Virus record (IMG/VR): IMGVR_UViG_3300045988_041681
Coordinates: 1 to 42,850 of that record
Source: a virus
DNA: 42,850 nt
Reading direction: 5' to 3' (one strand)
Shown here piece by piece: positions 16,585 through 23,478 of the stretch. Both the position numbers and the translations under genes were made by a program. Within the stretch, counting starts at the first letter, position 1. Each line of letters begins with the position of its first letter. The notes beneath the pieces are model-generated. The model searched no databases, was not told where the DNA came from, and saw nothing but the letters and a program-made list of their open reading frames with translations.

Positions 16585-16749
16585 TTATTTAACGCTCCCA
16601 CACATGGCAATCTGCTTGTCAAGTTCCGCCTGTTTCTTTGAGATTGCCATACCATCCGCAACACCGAGAATGTAGTTGAAGCTCACTTTGTCCAGCTGTG
16701 ATACTGTTTCAGCTAATCTTGCAAGGGCCTTTTCCTTTTCTTCGTTCAT
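16585..16749 (-). CDS. First early-operon protein, 54 aa (in the Cro position; no clear HTH)
   Basis: ATG at 16749 preceded by AAAGGAAG. The longer track ORF runs into the promoter region. Confidence 0.5.
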   Translation of the reverse strand: MNEEKEKALARLAETVSQLDKVSFNYILGVADGMAISKKQAELDKQIAMCGSVK

Positions 16750-16765
16750 CTGCTCACTTCCTTTC

Positions 16766-16870
16766 GTGTTTGTATTACCTTGTGTGATTATAATATCATA
16801 CGTAGTTTGTATTGTCAAACATTTTTTAATATTTTTGTTTGACATTGTGTGATTTTTGTATTATTATACT
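16766..16870. promoter_or_regulatory. Lysis-lysogeny switch: back-to-back TTGACA-17-TATTAT promoters with direct-repeat operators
   Basis: Plus strand: -35 at 16839-16844, -10 at 16862-16867. Minus strand: -35 at 16813-16818, -10 at 16790-16795. TTGTGTGATT at 16780 and 16845. (G/T)TTTGTATT(A/G) at 16768, 16805 and 16855. Confidence 0.7.
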
Positions 16871-16888
16871 AGTGGGAGGTGATAATAA

Positions 16889-17251
16889 GTGGATGAGCAA
16901 ATAAAACAGTTGAGAAAATCGCTTGGAATGTCACAAGAAAAGTTTGCTAAAGAAATTGGTTTAACTAAAAATTTCATATCTTTAGTAGAAACTGGTCAAA
17001 GAAATCTATCAACCCAGTCGATCAAACTTATTTGTCGATTGTTTGATGTTAATAAGGAATGGCTCGAGACCGGAAAAGGCGAAATGTTCATTCAAAAGAC
17101 AGAGAATGAAAAGATAGCTGAATTTCTTGCAGATGTTCTGAAAGCCGGGGAAGACGACCAGCGGTACAAATTCATAACCGCTATATCACAACTGGATGAA
17201 GACGAATGGAACACAATCCAGAAGATGGCAGAAATGTTTGTGAAGAAGTAA
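16889..17251 (+). CDS. CI-like XRE-family repressor (GTG start)
   Basis: HTH LGMSQEKFAKEIGLTKNFISLVETGQRNLS. GGGAGGTGA RBS. Divergent from the early operon. Confidence 0.85.
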   Translation: MDEQIKQLRKSLGMSQEKFAKEIGLTKNFISLVETGQRNLSTQSIKLICRLFDVNKEWLETGKGEMFIQKTENEKIAEFLADVLKAGEDDQRYKFITAISQLDEDEWNTIQKMAEMFVKK

Positions 17252-17255
17252 AAAG

Positions 17256-17292
17256 AAAGACAAGGGCAATGCGCAAACCCTTGTCTTTTTCT
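17256..17292. terminator. Rho-independent (bidirectional) terminator
   Basis: 11-bp stem AAAGACAAGGG / CCCTTGTCTTT, then a T-rich tail. Confidence 0.75.
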
Positions 17293-17293
17293 T

Positions 17294-17395
17294 TTATCTC
17301 AAAAACCTCTTTATAAATGCATATATGGTTCGGAGATCATCCTCGTCCATGCACTTCTCTATTAATTCTATTATTTTCTCTTTAATCTCTCCCAT
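17294..17395 (-). CDS. Micro-protein, 33 aa
   Basis: Hand-translated MGEIKEKIIELIEKCMDEDDLRTIYAFIKRFLR. AAAGGTGG RBS. Confidence 0.35.
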   Translation of the reverse strand: MGEIKEKIIELIEKCMDEDDLRTIYAFIKRFLR

Positions 17396-17589
17396 ATACA
17401 ATACCACCTTTCTATTTGATACATAAAGTATACGAACGTATGTTCGAAAAGTCAATAACGCATCCATTTGTTTTTATCCTAAACTTTCATTTTGCAAAAA
17501 AATGTCATAAAATAATGACAAAAATGTATTGTTTTATAATCATTTTGCTTTATAATGATGATATCAAAAGAAAGGAAAGGTATAAACGT

Positions 17590-17958
17590 ATGGAACAAAA
17601 CACAAAATTCTGTAAGCATTGTGGAGAGAAGATTGATATTGATTGTGTAGTATGCCCTAAGTGCGGAAAGCAAGTTGAGGATATTAAGAATTCAACCCCT
17701 GAAAGTATAATTATCAATAATAGTGCTAATTCTTCTTCTAGTTCTGCAGCTCCTGTTTATTCGAAAGCACCAAAAGCAAAAAACAAGTGGGTTTCATTCT
17801 TTTTGTGTTTGTTTTTAGGATGGTTTGGAGTTCATAAATTCTATGAAGGGAAAATTTTATTTGGAATTTTATATTTATTAACTTTTGGTTTATTTGGTGT
17901 CGGAGTTGTAATTGACCTTATATTAATTATATTGAAGCCAAATCCATATTATGTATAA
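17590..17958 (+). CDS. Zinc-ribbon plus TM2-domain membrane protein, 122 aa
   Basis: CKHCG...CPKCG ribbon, then WVSFFLCLFLGWFGVHKFYEGK...GLFGVGVVIDL (TM2 signature). AAAGGAAAGG RBS. Confidence 0.75.
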   Translation: MEQNTKFCKHCGEKIDIDCVVCPKCGKQVEDIKNSTPESIIINNSANSSSSSAAPVYSKAPKAKNKWVSFFLCLFLGWFGVHKFYEGKILFGILYLLTFGLFGVGVVIDLILIILKPNPYYV

Positions 17959-17965
17959 AAATTAT

Positions 17966-17993
17966 GCCCCTCTATTAATATGAGGGGTTTTTT
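17966..17993 (+). terminator. Rho-independent terminator between the TM2 gene and the integrase gene
   Basis: CCCCTC-tattaatat-GAGGGG followed by TTTTTT. Confidence 0.7.
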
Positions 17994-18006
17994 AAGGGAG
18001 TTAAAA

Positions 18007-19347
18007 ATGAACATAGCAATTTATCCAAGGAAATCAAAAAAAGATGATAATTCAGAATCAATGGAACAGCAAATAGACGATTGTAAAAAGTACATTAATA
18101 AAACTTACCATAATGCAAATATAATCGTTTATTCTGGCGATTATGCGATTACAGGGCATAGCACGGCAAAAAGAAAGGACTTTCAGCGCATGATGGATGA
18201 TGTCAGAGCAGGAAGAATCAATGCAGTTGTTATTATGAGATACGATCGTATAGCAAGAAATATGAGAGATTTCTGTAACCTCTATCACGACATGGAAAGC
18301 GCAGGATGCAACTTGATATCAGTAAGTCAGCAGATCGATACTTCTACGCCATACGGAAAGAACTTCATGTACCAGATGGCAAACATGGCAGAATTAGAAT
18401 GGGCGGTTATATCTGAGCGATACAAAGACACCGCAGCTTATAAAATCCGTGAAGGGAAAGCTTACACTGGCAGAGTGCCCATAGGATTTAAAATAGAGAA
18501 AATAGATGGTGTAAAGAAAGTCGTACATGATAATGAGGAACAGACAAGGGCTATATTTGATTATTTGTTAGCAACCAAAAGCAAGCGTGGTACTGTTCTG
18601 TGGGTTCGTGAAAACTTCATCCCAGATTTTACTAGGCACAAATTGGACACAATGATCAAGTCAGATTTATATATTGGGAAAGTAAGGGAAAATGAAAATT
18701 TCTGCGAACCTTATTTTACCAAAGAAAAAATGGAAGAAATAAGAAGTGTCAATCAGATAAAATACGCTCCATCTGGTCATATATATTTATTCAGCGGATT
18801 ATTCCGTTGTCCTATATGTGGCAGAAAAATGTCAAGTTTTTACAGTATAGACAGGAAGACCAAAAAGCACCGGCAATATCAACGATGCTGGTTTGGTGGA
18901 AATGAGAAATTGCACAAAACAAAATTAGTATCAGAAGCAAAAACAGAAAAATATCTTCTTGAAAATCTTGATGCAGCATTAAAAAATCTTGAATTTGATG
19001 TAAAAAAAGAAGCAGGTAAACCAAAGCAAAATTTGAATAAAAAACTTAATGATGCGATAGGGGAGCGTGAAAGACTGAATTACCTTTTTGAAAAAGGAAG
19101 AATTGATATCCCAGAATACGAAAAGAAATACAGTATCTTATCAGAAAAAATAAATTCCATAACTGAGGAGTTGTCAAACAACAAAGTTGTAAGGATTGAG
19201 GAATTTAAGAAGCAGATCCCAGAAGACTGGAAAGAACTTTACGAACAACTAGATCAAAAAGGAAAACAAGAATTTTGGCATAGAATAATAAAAGAAATTT
19301 ATTTGAATGAAGCCTTTGAAATTACTGGCTTTATATTTTATATCTAG
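18007..19347 (+). CDS. int: Large serine recombinase (integrase)
   Basis: N-terminal resolvase domain (IAIYPRKS...VVIMRYDRIARN), recombinase domain, CPICGRKM zinc ribbon and C-terminal coiled coil. Confidence 0.9.
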   Translation: MNIAIYPRKSKKDDNSESMEQQIDDCKKYINKTYHNANIIVYSGDYAITGHSTAKRKDFQRMMDDVRAGRINAVVIMRYDRIARNMRDFCNLYHDMESAGCNLISVSQQIDTSTPYGKNFMYQMANMAELEWAVISERYKDTAAYKIREGKAYTGRVPIGFKIEKIDGVKKVVHDNEEQTRAIFDYLLATKSKRGTVLWVRENFIPDFTRHKLDTMIKSDLYIGKVRENENFCEPYFTKEKMEEIRSVNQIKYAPSGHIYLFSGLFRCPICGRKMSSFYSIDRKTKKHRQYQRCWFGGNEKLHKTKLVSEAKTEKYLLENLDAALKNLEFDVKKEAGKPKQNLNKKLNDAIGERERLNYLFEKGRIDIPEYEKKYSILSEKINSITEELSNNKVVRIEEFKKQIPEDWKELYEQLDQKGKQEFWHRIIKEIYLNEAFEITGFIFYI

Positions 19348-19399
19348 GACTTGTACTAAATAACTATTTCCTAGAGGTTAACATCAATTAGTACAAGTC
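19348..19399. other. Candidate attP: 52-bp element with perfect 12-bp inverted arms
   Basis: GACTTGTACTAA-N28-TTAGTACAAGTC begins at the base after the int stop codon. Confidence 0.45.
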
Positions 19400-19402
19400 T
19401 AT

Positions 19403-19432
19403 TAAAAAGGGCGATTAGAAATTCTAACCGCC
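19403..19432 (-). terminator. Terminator of the late (lysis) operon
   Basis: GGCGGTTAG-aattt-CTAATCGCC, then CTTTTT, on the minus strand. Confidence 0.6.
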
Positions 19433-19439
19433 ATTTATT

Positions 19440-20165
19440 TTACGCTTTTACAATCGCAGCGTCAAATCCTGCTGCTTTCAATTTTTCCTGCAAGGAAATA
19501 GCATTTGCTTTGTTGCGATACGCTCCGACCTGTACACGATAAATAGAATCTTTATCACCTACGCTTGTCTCTGATCCAGAAGTTGCAGCATCGTCATCAG
19601 ATGTGTTATTGGATGGTTCAATGTACTGCTGTCCGGTAATTCCGTAAACAATTGCACTTGCCATGCTCTTAAAGTCATACAGTGCTACATCGTCTTTATC
19701 ATCCACGAAGCAACATTCAATCAGCATCGCAGGTGCTTTTGTGTGATTGAGCACGTAAAGCTTTTTGTTAATCTTCACACCACGATTTTTAAATCCAAGT
19801 GCTGCGATCGCATTTACAATTTTCTCTGCAAATGGTTTTGCTTTACTGTTATCACTATACACATATGCTTCTACACCTGTTGTCTGTCCGTTCCCGACAG
19901 CATCTTTGGCTCCTGCGTTAAAATGGATAGATACATCAAGATCAGCCGCATGAGAATTGCATTTACCTACGATGTTGCAAAGCACATTATTTGCACTTGT
20001 GCCATTGTCAACCGTACAGTCATACACGGTATGCCCAAGACCTTTTAACTGTCTGATAACCTCATTTTTAACATTTCTTGCTTCTGTTGATTCCCGGATG
20101 ATTCCGATAGCTCCGCACGCTACTTTTCCGTCCGGGTTGTGTCCGGCATGTACGTTAATAACCAT
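19440..20165 (-). CDS. Endolysin: N-acetylmuramoyl-L-alanine amidase (Amidase_3 type) with C-terminal SPOR domain
   Basis: VINVHAGHNP...SIHFNAG...LIECCFVD amidase motifs. YRVQVGAYRNKANAISLQEKLKAAGFDAAIV SPOR. AGGAGG RBS before the ATG at 20165. Confidence 0.9.
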   Translation of the reverse strand: MVINVHAGHNPDGKVACGAIGIIRESTEARNVKNEVIRQLKGLGHTVYDCTVDNGTSANNVLCNIVGKCNSHAADLDVSIHFNAGAKDAVGNGQTTGVEAYVYSDNSKAKPFAEKIVNAIAALGFKNRGVKINKKLYVLNHTKAPAMLIECCFVDDKDDVALYDFKSMASAIVYGITGQQYIEPSNNTSDDDAATSGSETSVGDKDSIYRVQVGAYRNKANAISLQEKLKAAGFDAAIVKA

Positions 20166-20169
20166 TCTT

Positions 20170-20439
20170 TTATTCCTCCTTCTTTTCAATATACTGCTTA
20201 AATAACTGGTGCAGTCCTGTGCTTGCTAAACCGCTGAATAAGCCACTTAATAAGATTGATGCTGTGATTGTCCATCCGTTGATCCAAATGGCTAAAAAGA
20301 CACCTAATACCGCACAAATGGTAGGGATATACTTGTTGTCAACATCCTTAATCCACTTCTTTACGACATAGCCTACACAAAGGCAAATGCCTACGATTAC
20401 CGGCACCATAAATTCTGTCAAAAATCCTAAATCTGTCAT
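20170..20439 (-). CDS. Holin
   Basis: 89 aa with three hydrophobic segments and a charged C-terminus (KQYIEKKEE). Immediately upstream of the endolysin. Confidence 0.7.
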   Translation of the reverse strand: MTDLGFLTEFMVPVIVGICLCVGYVVKKWIKDVDNKYIPTICAVLGVFLAIWINGWTITASILLSGLFSGLASTGLHQLFKQYIEKKEE

Positions 20440-20441
20440 GT

Positions 20442-20756
20442 TTAAATCCTCTCTTTCTGCTTCAGATGAAGCTCTTCAATCTCGTTTTTCATTTTTGTGA
20501 CCATTCCATTTCCGCCCAACGCATGATAGGCATTGTACATTTCCATAAAATTCTGGTAGGCATAGGATGGAATTTCTTTGAGAGCCATGTATTTATCATG
20601 GTACTCAATCAGTTGTACTCGAAGCAAAAGCATCGTTCCTCTGCTATTCGCATCTCTGTCTGACTTCTGGTTTTTCAAAAGCCACACTATGTATCCCATA
20701 AATGCTGTCAGAACGATAGGCAAAGCAATCGTGTACGTTTCTTTTAACATCTCCAT
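20442..20756 (-). CDS. Membrane-anchored protein of the lysis cassette, 104 aa
   Basis: A single N-terminal TM segment (IALPIVLTAFMGYIVWLL). Function unknown. Confidence 0.55.
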   Translation of the reverse strand: MEMLKETYTIALPIVLTAFMGYIVWLLKNQKSDRDANSRGTMLLLRVQLIEYHDKYMALKEIPSYAYQNFMEMYNAYHALGGNGMVTKMKNEIEELHLKQKERI

Positions 20757-20832
20757 TGGATCATCTTCCTTTCTTTTGTATAATTCAATTATAATATTTC
20801 ATAATAATTTTTTGTTCCATTTTACTTCGCAT

Positions 20833-20864
20833 AACCAGAGTTTAAATATGTTAAACGAAGGAAT
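20833..20864 (+). repeat. Inverted repeat, left copy (AACCAGAGTTTAaatatGTTAAACGAAGGAAT)
   Basis: 28/32 identical to the reverse complement of 21466..21497, with perfect blocks of 12 and 15 bp. Confidence 0.9.
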
Positions 20865-21195
20865 CGAATGGAAGCGTAACGATGACGTGTTACAGCATGA
20901 AGATTGTGAAATCGCCTACATTGAATATACTAAATTTTTGTATAATAAATTACATGCAGAAGCAACCTTCAAACTTAATGCTAAACAGGCTATTTCTAAA
21001 GGAACAGATATCATAGTTGCTAAAATATCCGATTCGAAATTTAATCCTAAAACTACAGTAAAAGATATATCATACACCGGTATTGCTATTGGTGCGTTAT
21101 ATATCGAGAATGGGTATATTAAATATCGTCAGCTCATAGATACCATGCCTAAAGATTATACGATTATCTTTACAATCAGATGGGATTTATTTTAA
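20848..21195 (+). CDS. Promoterless, SD-less alternative tail-fibre C-terminal cassette, 115 aa
   Basis: The frame stays open upstream through the repeat (..NQSLNMLNEGIEW). No RBS. It converges on the fibre gene with overlapping stops. Confidence 0.5.
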   Translation: MLNEGIEWKRNDDVLQHEDCEIAYIEYTKFLYNKLHAEATFKLNAKQAISKGTDIIVAKISDSKFNPKTTVKDISYTGIAIGALYIENGYIKYRQLIDTMPKDYTIIFTIRWDLF

Positions 21196-21695
21196 TTATT
21201 TCGTAAATAATAAAATCGAACTGTAAAGTCAACTTTTAATTCACTTTCCGTTAAATTTTTATACCTTACACAGCATGTGGTATTATCTTTGATAGCAGGA
21301 GAACCTAACATACCATGAGAATGTGCGTCTGAACTTCCGTAAGTTGCAATAATTGTAGTAGCAAGCGGTACATAATCCTTAAAATTTATTGGTGTATTAT
21401 CACTTATTGAAATATCGCTATTTGGAAGCACGGTAACAACTCCAGTTCGTACATCATTATATATCATTCCTTCGTTTAACTCACGTAAACTCTGGTTTAC
21501 CTCATCAAATCCACCCTTGATCCTGTTCTCCAGATCATTCATCTCTTCCGCAGAAAAGGCATTTCCTTCTGCTGAGATCTGCCCCTCTGCTCTCGCTACG
21601 GTCACAAGTTCCGTGCTGCCGTCCTCATGTGTTAATTTTCTTCTGTTCGGGTACTCGGAAATACGATTCACCCATGTTTTTAAACTAAATGCCAT
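21192..21695 (-). CDS. Distal tail fibre / receptor-binding protein, 167 aa (currently expressed variant)
   Basis: N-terminus WVNRISEYPNRRKL...AEEMNDLENRI is typical of Firmicute phage fibre proteins. Last gene of the tail module. Confidence 0.65.
   Translation of the reverse strand: MAFSLKTWVNRISEYPNRRKLTHEDGSTELVTVARAEGQISAEGNAFSAEEMNDLENRIKGGFDEVNQSLRELNEGMIYNDVRTGVVTVLPNSDISISDNTPINFKDYVPLATTIIATYGSSDAHSHGMLGSPAIKDNTTCCVRYKNLTESELKVDFTVRFYYLRNN
21466..21497 (-). repeat. Inverted repeat, right copy (AACCAGAGTTTAcgtgaGTTAAACGAAGGAAT on the minus strand)
   Basis: Lies inside the fibre gene and encodes residues N67-M77. Confidence 0.9.
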
Positions 21696-21713
21696 GATAA
21701 AATCCTCTCTTTC

Positions 21714-22391
21714 TTATAAAAGTAATCCAATGCTCTGTCCGGCATAGATTTCTTCGCCTGCGTAATGGACAAAGTTTGAATTATAAACTTCATAAATGTC
21801 ATGTAATATTCTCTCAATATCATTGATTTTCTGGTATGTGTTAATAGGTTGCTGCGGAACTTCCGGTGTCTCTACATACTGATAACCAGCATTCCGCAAT
21901 GCTGTGGCGTTCTTTAAAAGACTGTCAAAATATGTTTTATCCGGATATGTGGGGAGATTATCCTTACAAGTGACCAGAGAAATGTTCAGCAATTGTGCAA
22001 TGACATAGCAGTTGTTTTCATTCCGCCTGACATCTGATAAGTTGAATGCGCCTTTCATCCCCCGCTGCCATTCCGTTTTTTCACTGTCTGTCATCCTCTC
22101 CCAGCCAATGTTGCGAAGTTCAATCACCCGGTCTACATCCTCTTGTGTCCTGTCGTAGATGAACCACGGCAGAATGTACTCAATCGTATTCTCGTAGGTA
22201 CTCTTATTACCTGCTTCATCATACATTTCAAGATATATATGGTATAAGCTGTCCTCTGCCACATCTACCGTTGCACGCCACTTCACAGGATATGCTTCAT
22301 CCTGGATAAAAACTGTCTTAACACCATTTACAGTCCCGGCAACATAAGTGATGTCTGTTGACAGTTCAAAACTGATCGTTCCAGAAGCCAT
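21714..22391 (-). CDS. Tail fibre-associated protein, 225 aa
   Basis: Position in the tail module. DRTQEDVDRV...KGAFNLSDVRRNENN pattern seen in Firmicute prophage fibre genes. Confidence 0.5.
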   Translation of the reverse strand: MASGTISFELSTDITYVAGTVNGVKTVFIQDEAYPVKWRATVDVAEDSLYHIYLEMYDEAGNKSTYENTIEYILPWFIYDRTQEDVDRVIELRNIGWERMTDSEKTEWQRGMKGAFNLSDVRRNENNCYVIAQLLNISLVTCKDNLPTYPDKTYFDSLLKNATALRNAGYQYVETPEVPQQPINTYQKINDIERILHDIYEVYNSNFVHYAGEEIYAGQSIGLLL

Positions 22392-23302
22392 CAGCTGACC
22401 TCAACCGTGATTGCTACACTTGCACTTGTGCTTACCGGATTTGGTGTAAGTGTAATGCCTTTTAACACAGGCACCGTAGTATCAAGCTTGACGCTCAATG
22501 TAATGCTGGTAGTCTGTCCGGCTCCGTCTTTAGCCGTAACCACAATACTGTTCGTTCCCTCTGCAAGAGTAACCGCTTTTGAAAAGCTTCCATCAGTTTC
22601 TACCGCTACTGATCCTAGGCTCGTGCCGTTTAATGTCATAGTCAATGTTATCGGACTTGAAGTTGCATCATTCGTTTTACCGGTTACTGTAAGCGCAGAT
22701 TTATTTGTGATTAGCCCTGTCTGTGGAGAAGAAATTGTCAATGTCGGCGGCACTGTGTCAATTGTAAATGTTGATGAAACGGTAGTCGCCGCATTTCCGT
22801 CATTATCTGACGCATTGATCGTGATAGTGTGGTTTCCATCCTTAAGTGCCGTCTGTGGCGTAAATGTAAACTGATAACCATTTGTAATCCCTTTACTTAC
22901 CATTCCTGTGCTTGAAGTTGTGTATGTAGTGCTGTCTACTTTAATTTTTACAGATGACAGCTTAACTCCTGATCCACCGGCTTCATCCACGACTTTAAAT
23001 GTGATCGGCTGTTTATTGTTTGTCACATATGCACCTTTTGATGGAGATACTAGTGTGATCGCAGGCTTCATCGTTTCTTTTACAACCAGTCTCAATGCTT
23101 CTCCCAGAGTGGCATCTGTAGCATCTTTCGCCACTACAGTTCCCGCATCATTGGTAATCTCAATTTTAATCGGATAATACTTATTGGACAGATTGTATGA
23201 TGTGGTTGCAGGGGCTGTAATTGTTCCAACCCATTTTCCATTACTTAAAGTAAGATTCGTCCACACTCCATCAACCTGTACCCTTACTTTTACAATTGCC
23301 AT
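22391..23302 (-). CDS. Ig-like (Big-type) repeat tail / adhesion protein, 303 aa
   Basis: T/S/V-rich beta repeats, e.g. DTVPPTLTISSPQTG...TVTGKT...AEGTNSIVVTAKDGAGQ. Confidence 0.65.
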   Translation of the reverse strand: MAIVKVRVQVDGVWTNLTLSNGKWVGTITAPATTSYNLSNKYYPIKIEITNDAGTVVAKDATDATLGEALRLVVKETMKPAITLVSPSKGAYVTNNKQPITFKVVDEAGGSGVKLSSVKIKVDSTTYTTSSTGMVSKGITNGYQFTFTPQTALKDGNHTITINASDNDGNAATTVSSTFTIDTVPPTLTISSPQTGLITNKSALTVTGKTNDATSSPITLTMTLNGTSLGSVAVETDGSFSKAVTLAEGTNSIVVTAKDGAGQTTSITLSVKLDTTVPVLKGITLTPNPVSTSASVAITVEVS

Positions 23303-23478
23303 TAAATAACTCCTATCTCCTGTCCAGCTATAAGTTCATGATTGCTGGATCTGGTATATTTTGTTTCTGTGTAATATGTCTCTACATCATCTGCCACAAC
23401 CGTTATTGTTACTTTGGTTTTTGTTGTGACTTTCTGACTGGATAATTTTGCACTGTATATAATTGGTCTCATTTCCAT
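23302..23478 (-). CDS. Small tail-module protein, 58 aa
   Basis: Hand-translated MEMRPIIYSAKLSSQKVTTKTKVTITVVADD... TAATG overlaps at both ends. Confidence 0.4.
   Translation of the reverse strand: MEMRPIIYSAKLSSQKVTTKTKVTITVVADDVETYYTETKYTRSSNHELIAGQEIGVI

Larger units (their letters stand above)
20833..21497. mobile_element. Putative invertible DNA segment (Mu G / P1 C-segment-like host-range switch)
   Basis: In-frame inverted repeats bracket two convergent alternative C-terminal coding segments. Confidence 0.5.

Noticed and set aside
16476-16664. 62-aa ORF in the early leader, and the 86-aa long form of 16585..16845
   Set aside because: The 62-aa ORF overlaps two better-supported, RBS-preceded, translationally coupled small ORFs in other frames. 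The 86-aa form would start inside the promoter/operator region.
17416-17589. N-terminal 58 residues of the 180-aa version of the TM2 protein
   Set aside because: There is no RBS at 17416. The region is an AT-rich, promoter-like leader, whereas the ATG at 17590 has an AAAGGAAAGG RBS and begins the zinc-ribbon domain.
19348-19399. The 12-bp inverted repeat after int interpreted as a transcription terminator
   Set aside because: A 28-nt loop with no flanking U-tract makes a poor intrinsic terminator, and a conventional hairpin plus T-tract follows at 19403-19432. It is kept as an attP candidate instead.
20578-21195. 205-aa plus-strand ORF from the supplied track
   Set aside because: Its first 90 codons or so are antisense to the well-supported membrane-protein gene 20442..20756 and then cross the adjacent intergenic region. 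Only the part from the inverted repeat onward (20833/20848..21195) looks meaningful, as a silent fibre cassette.
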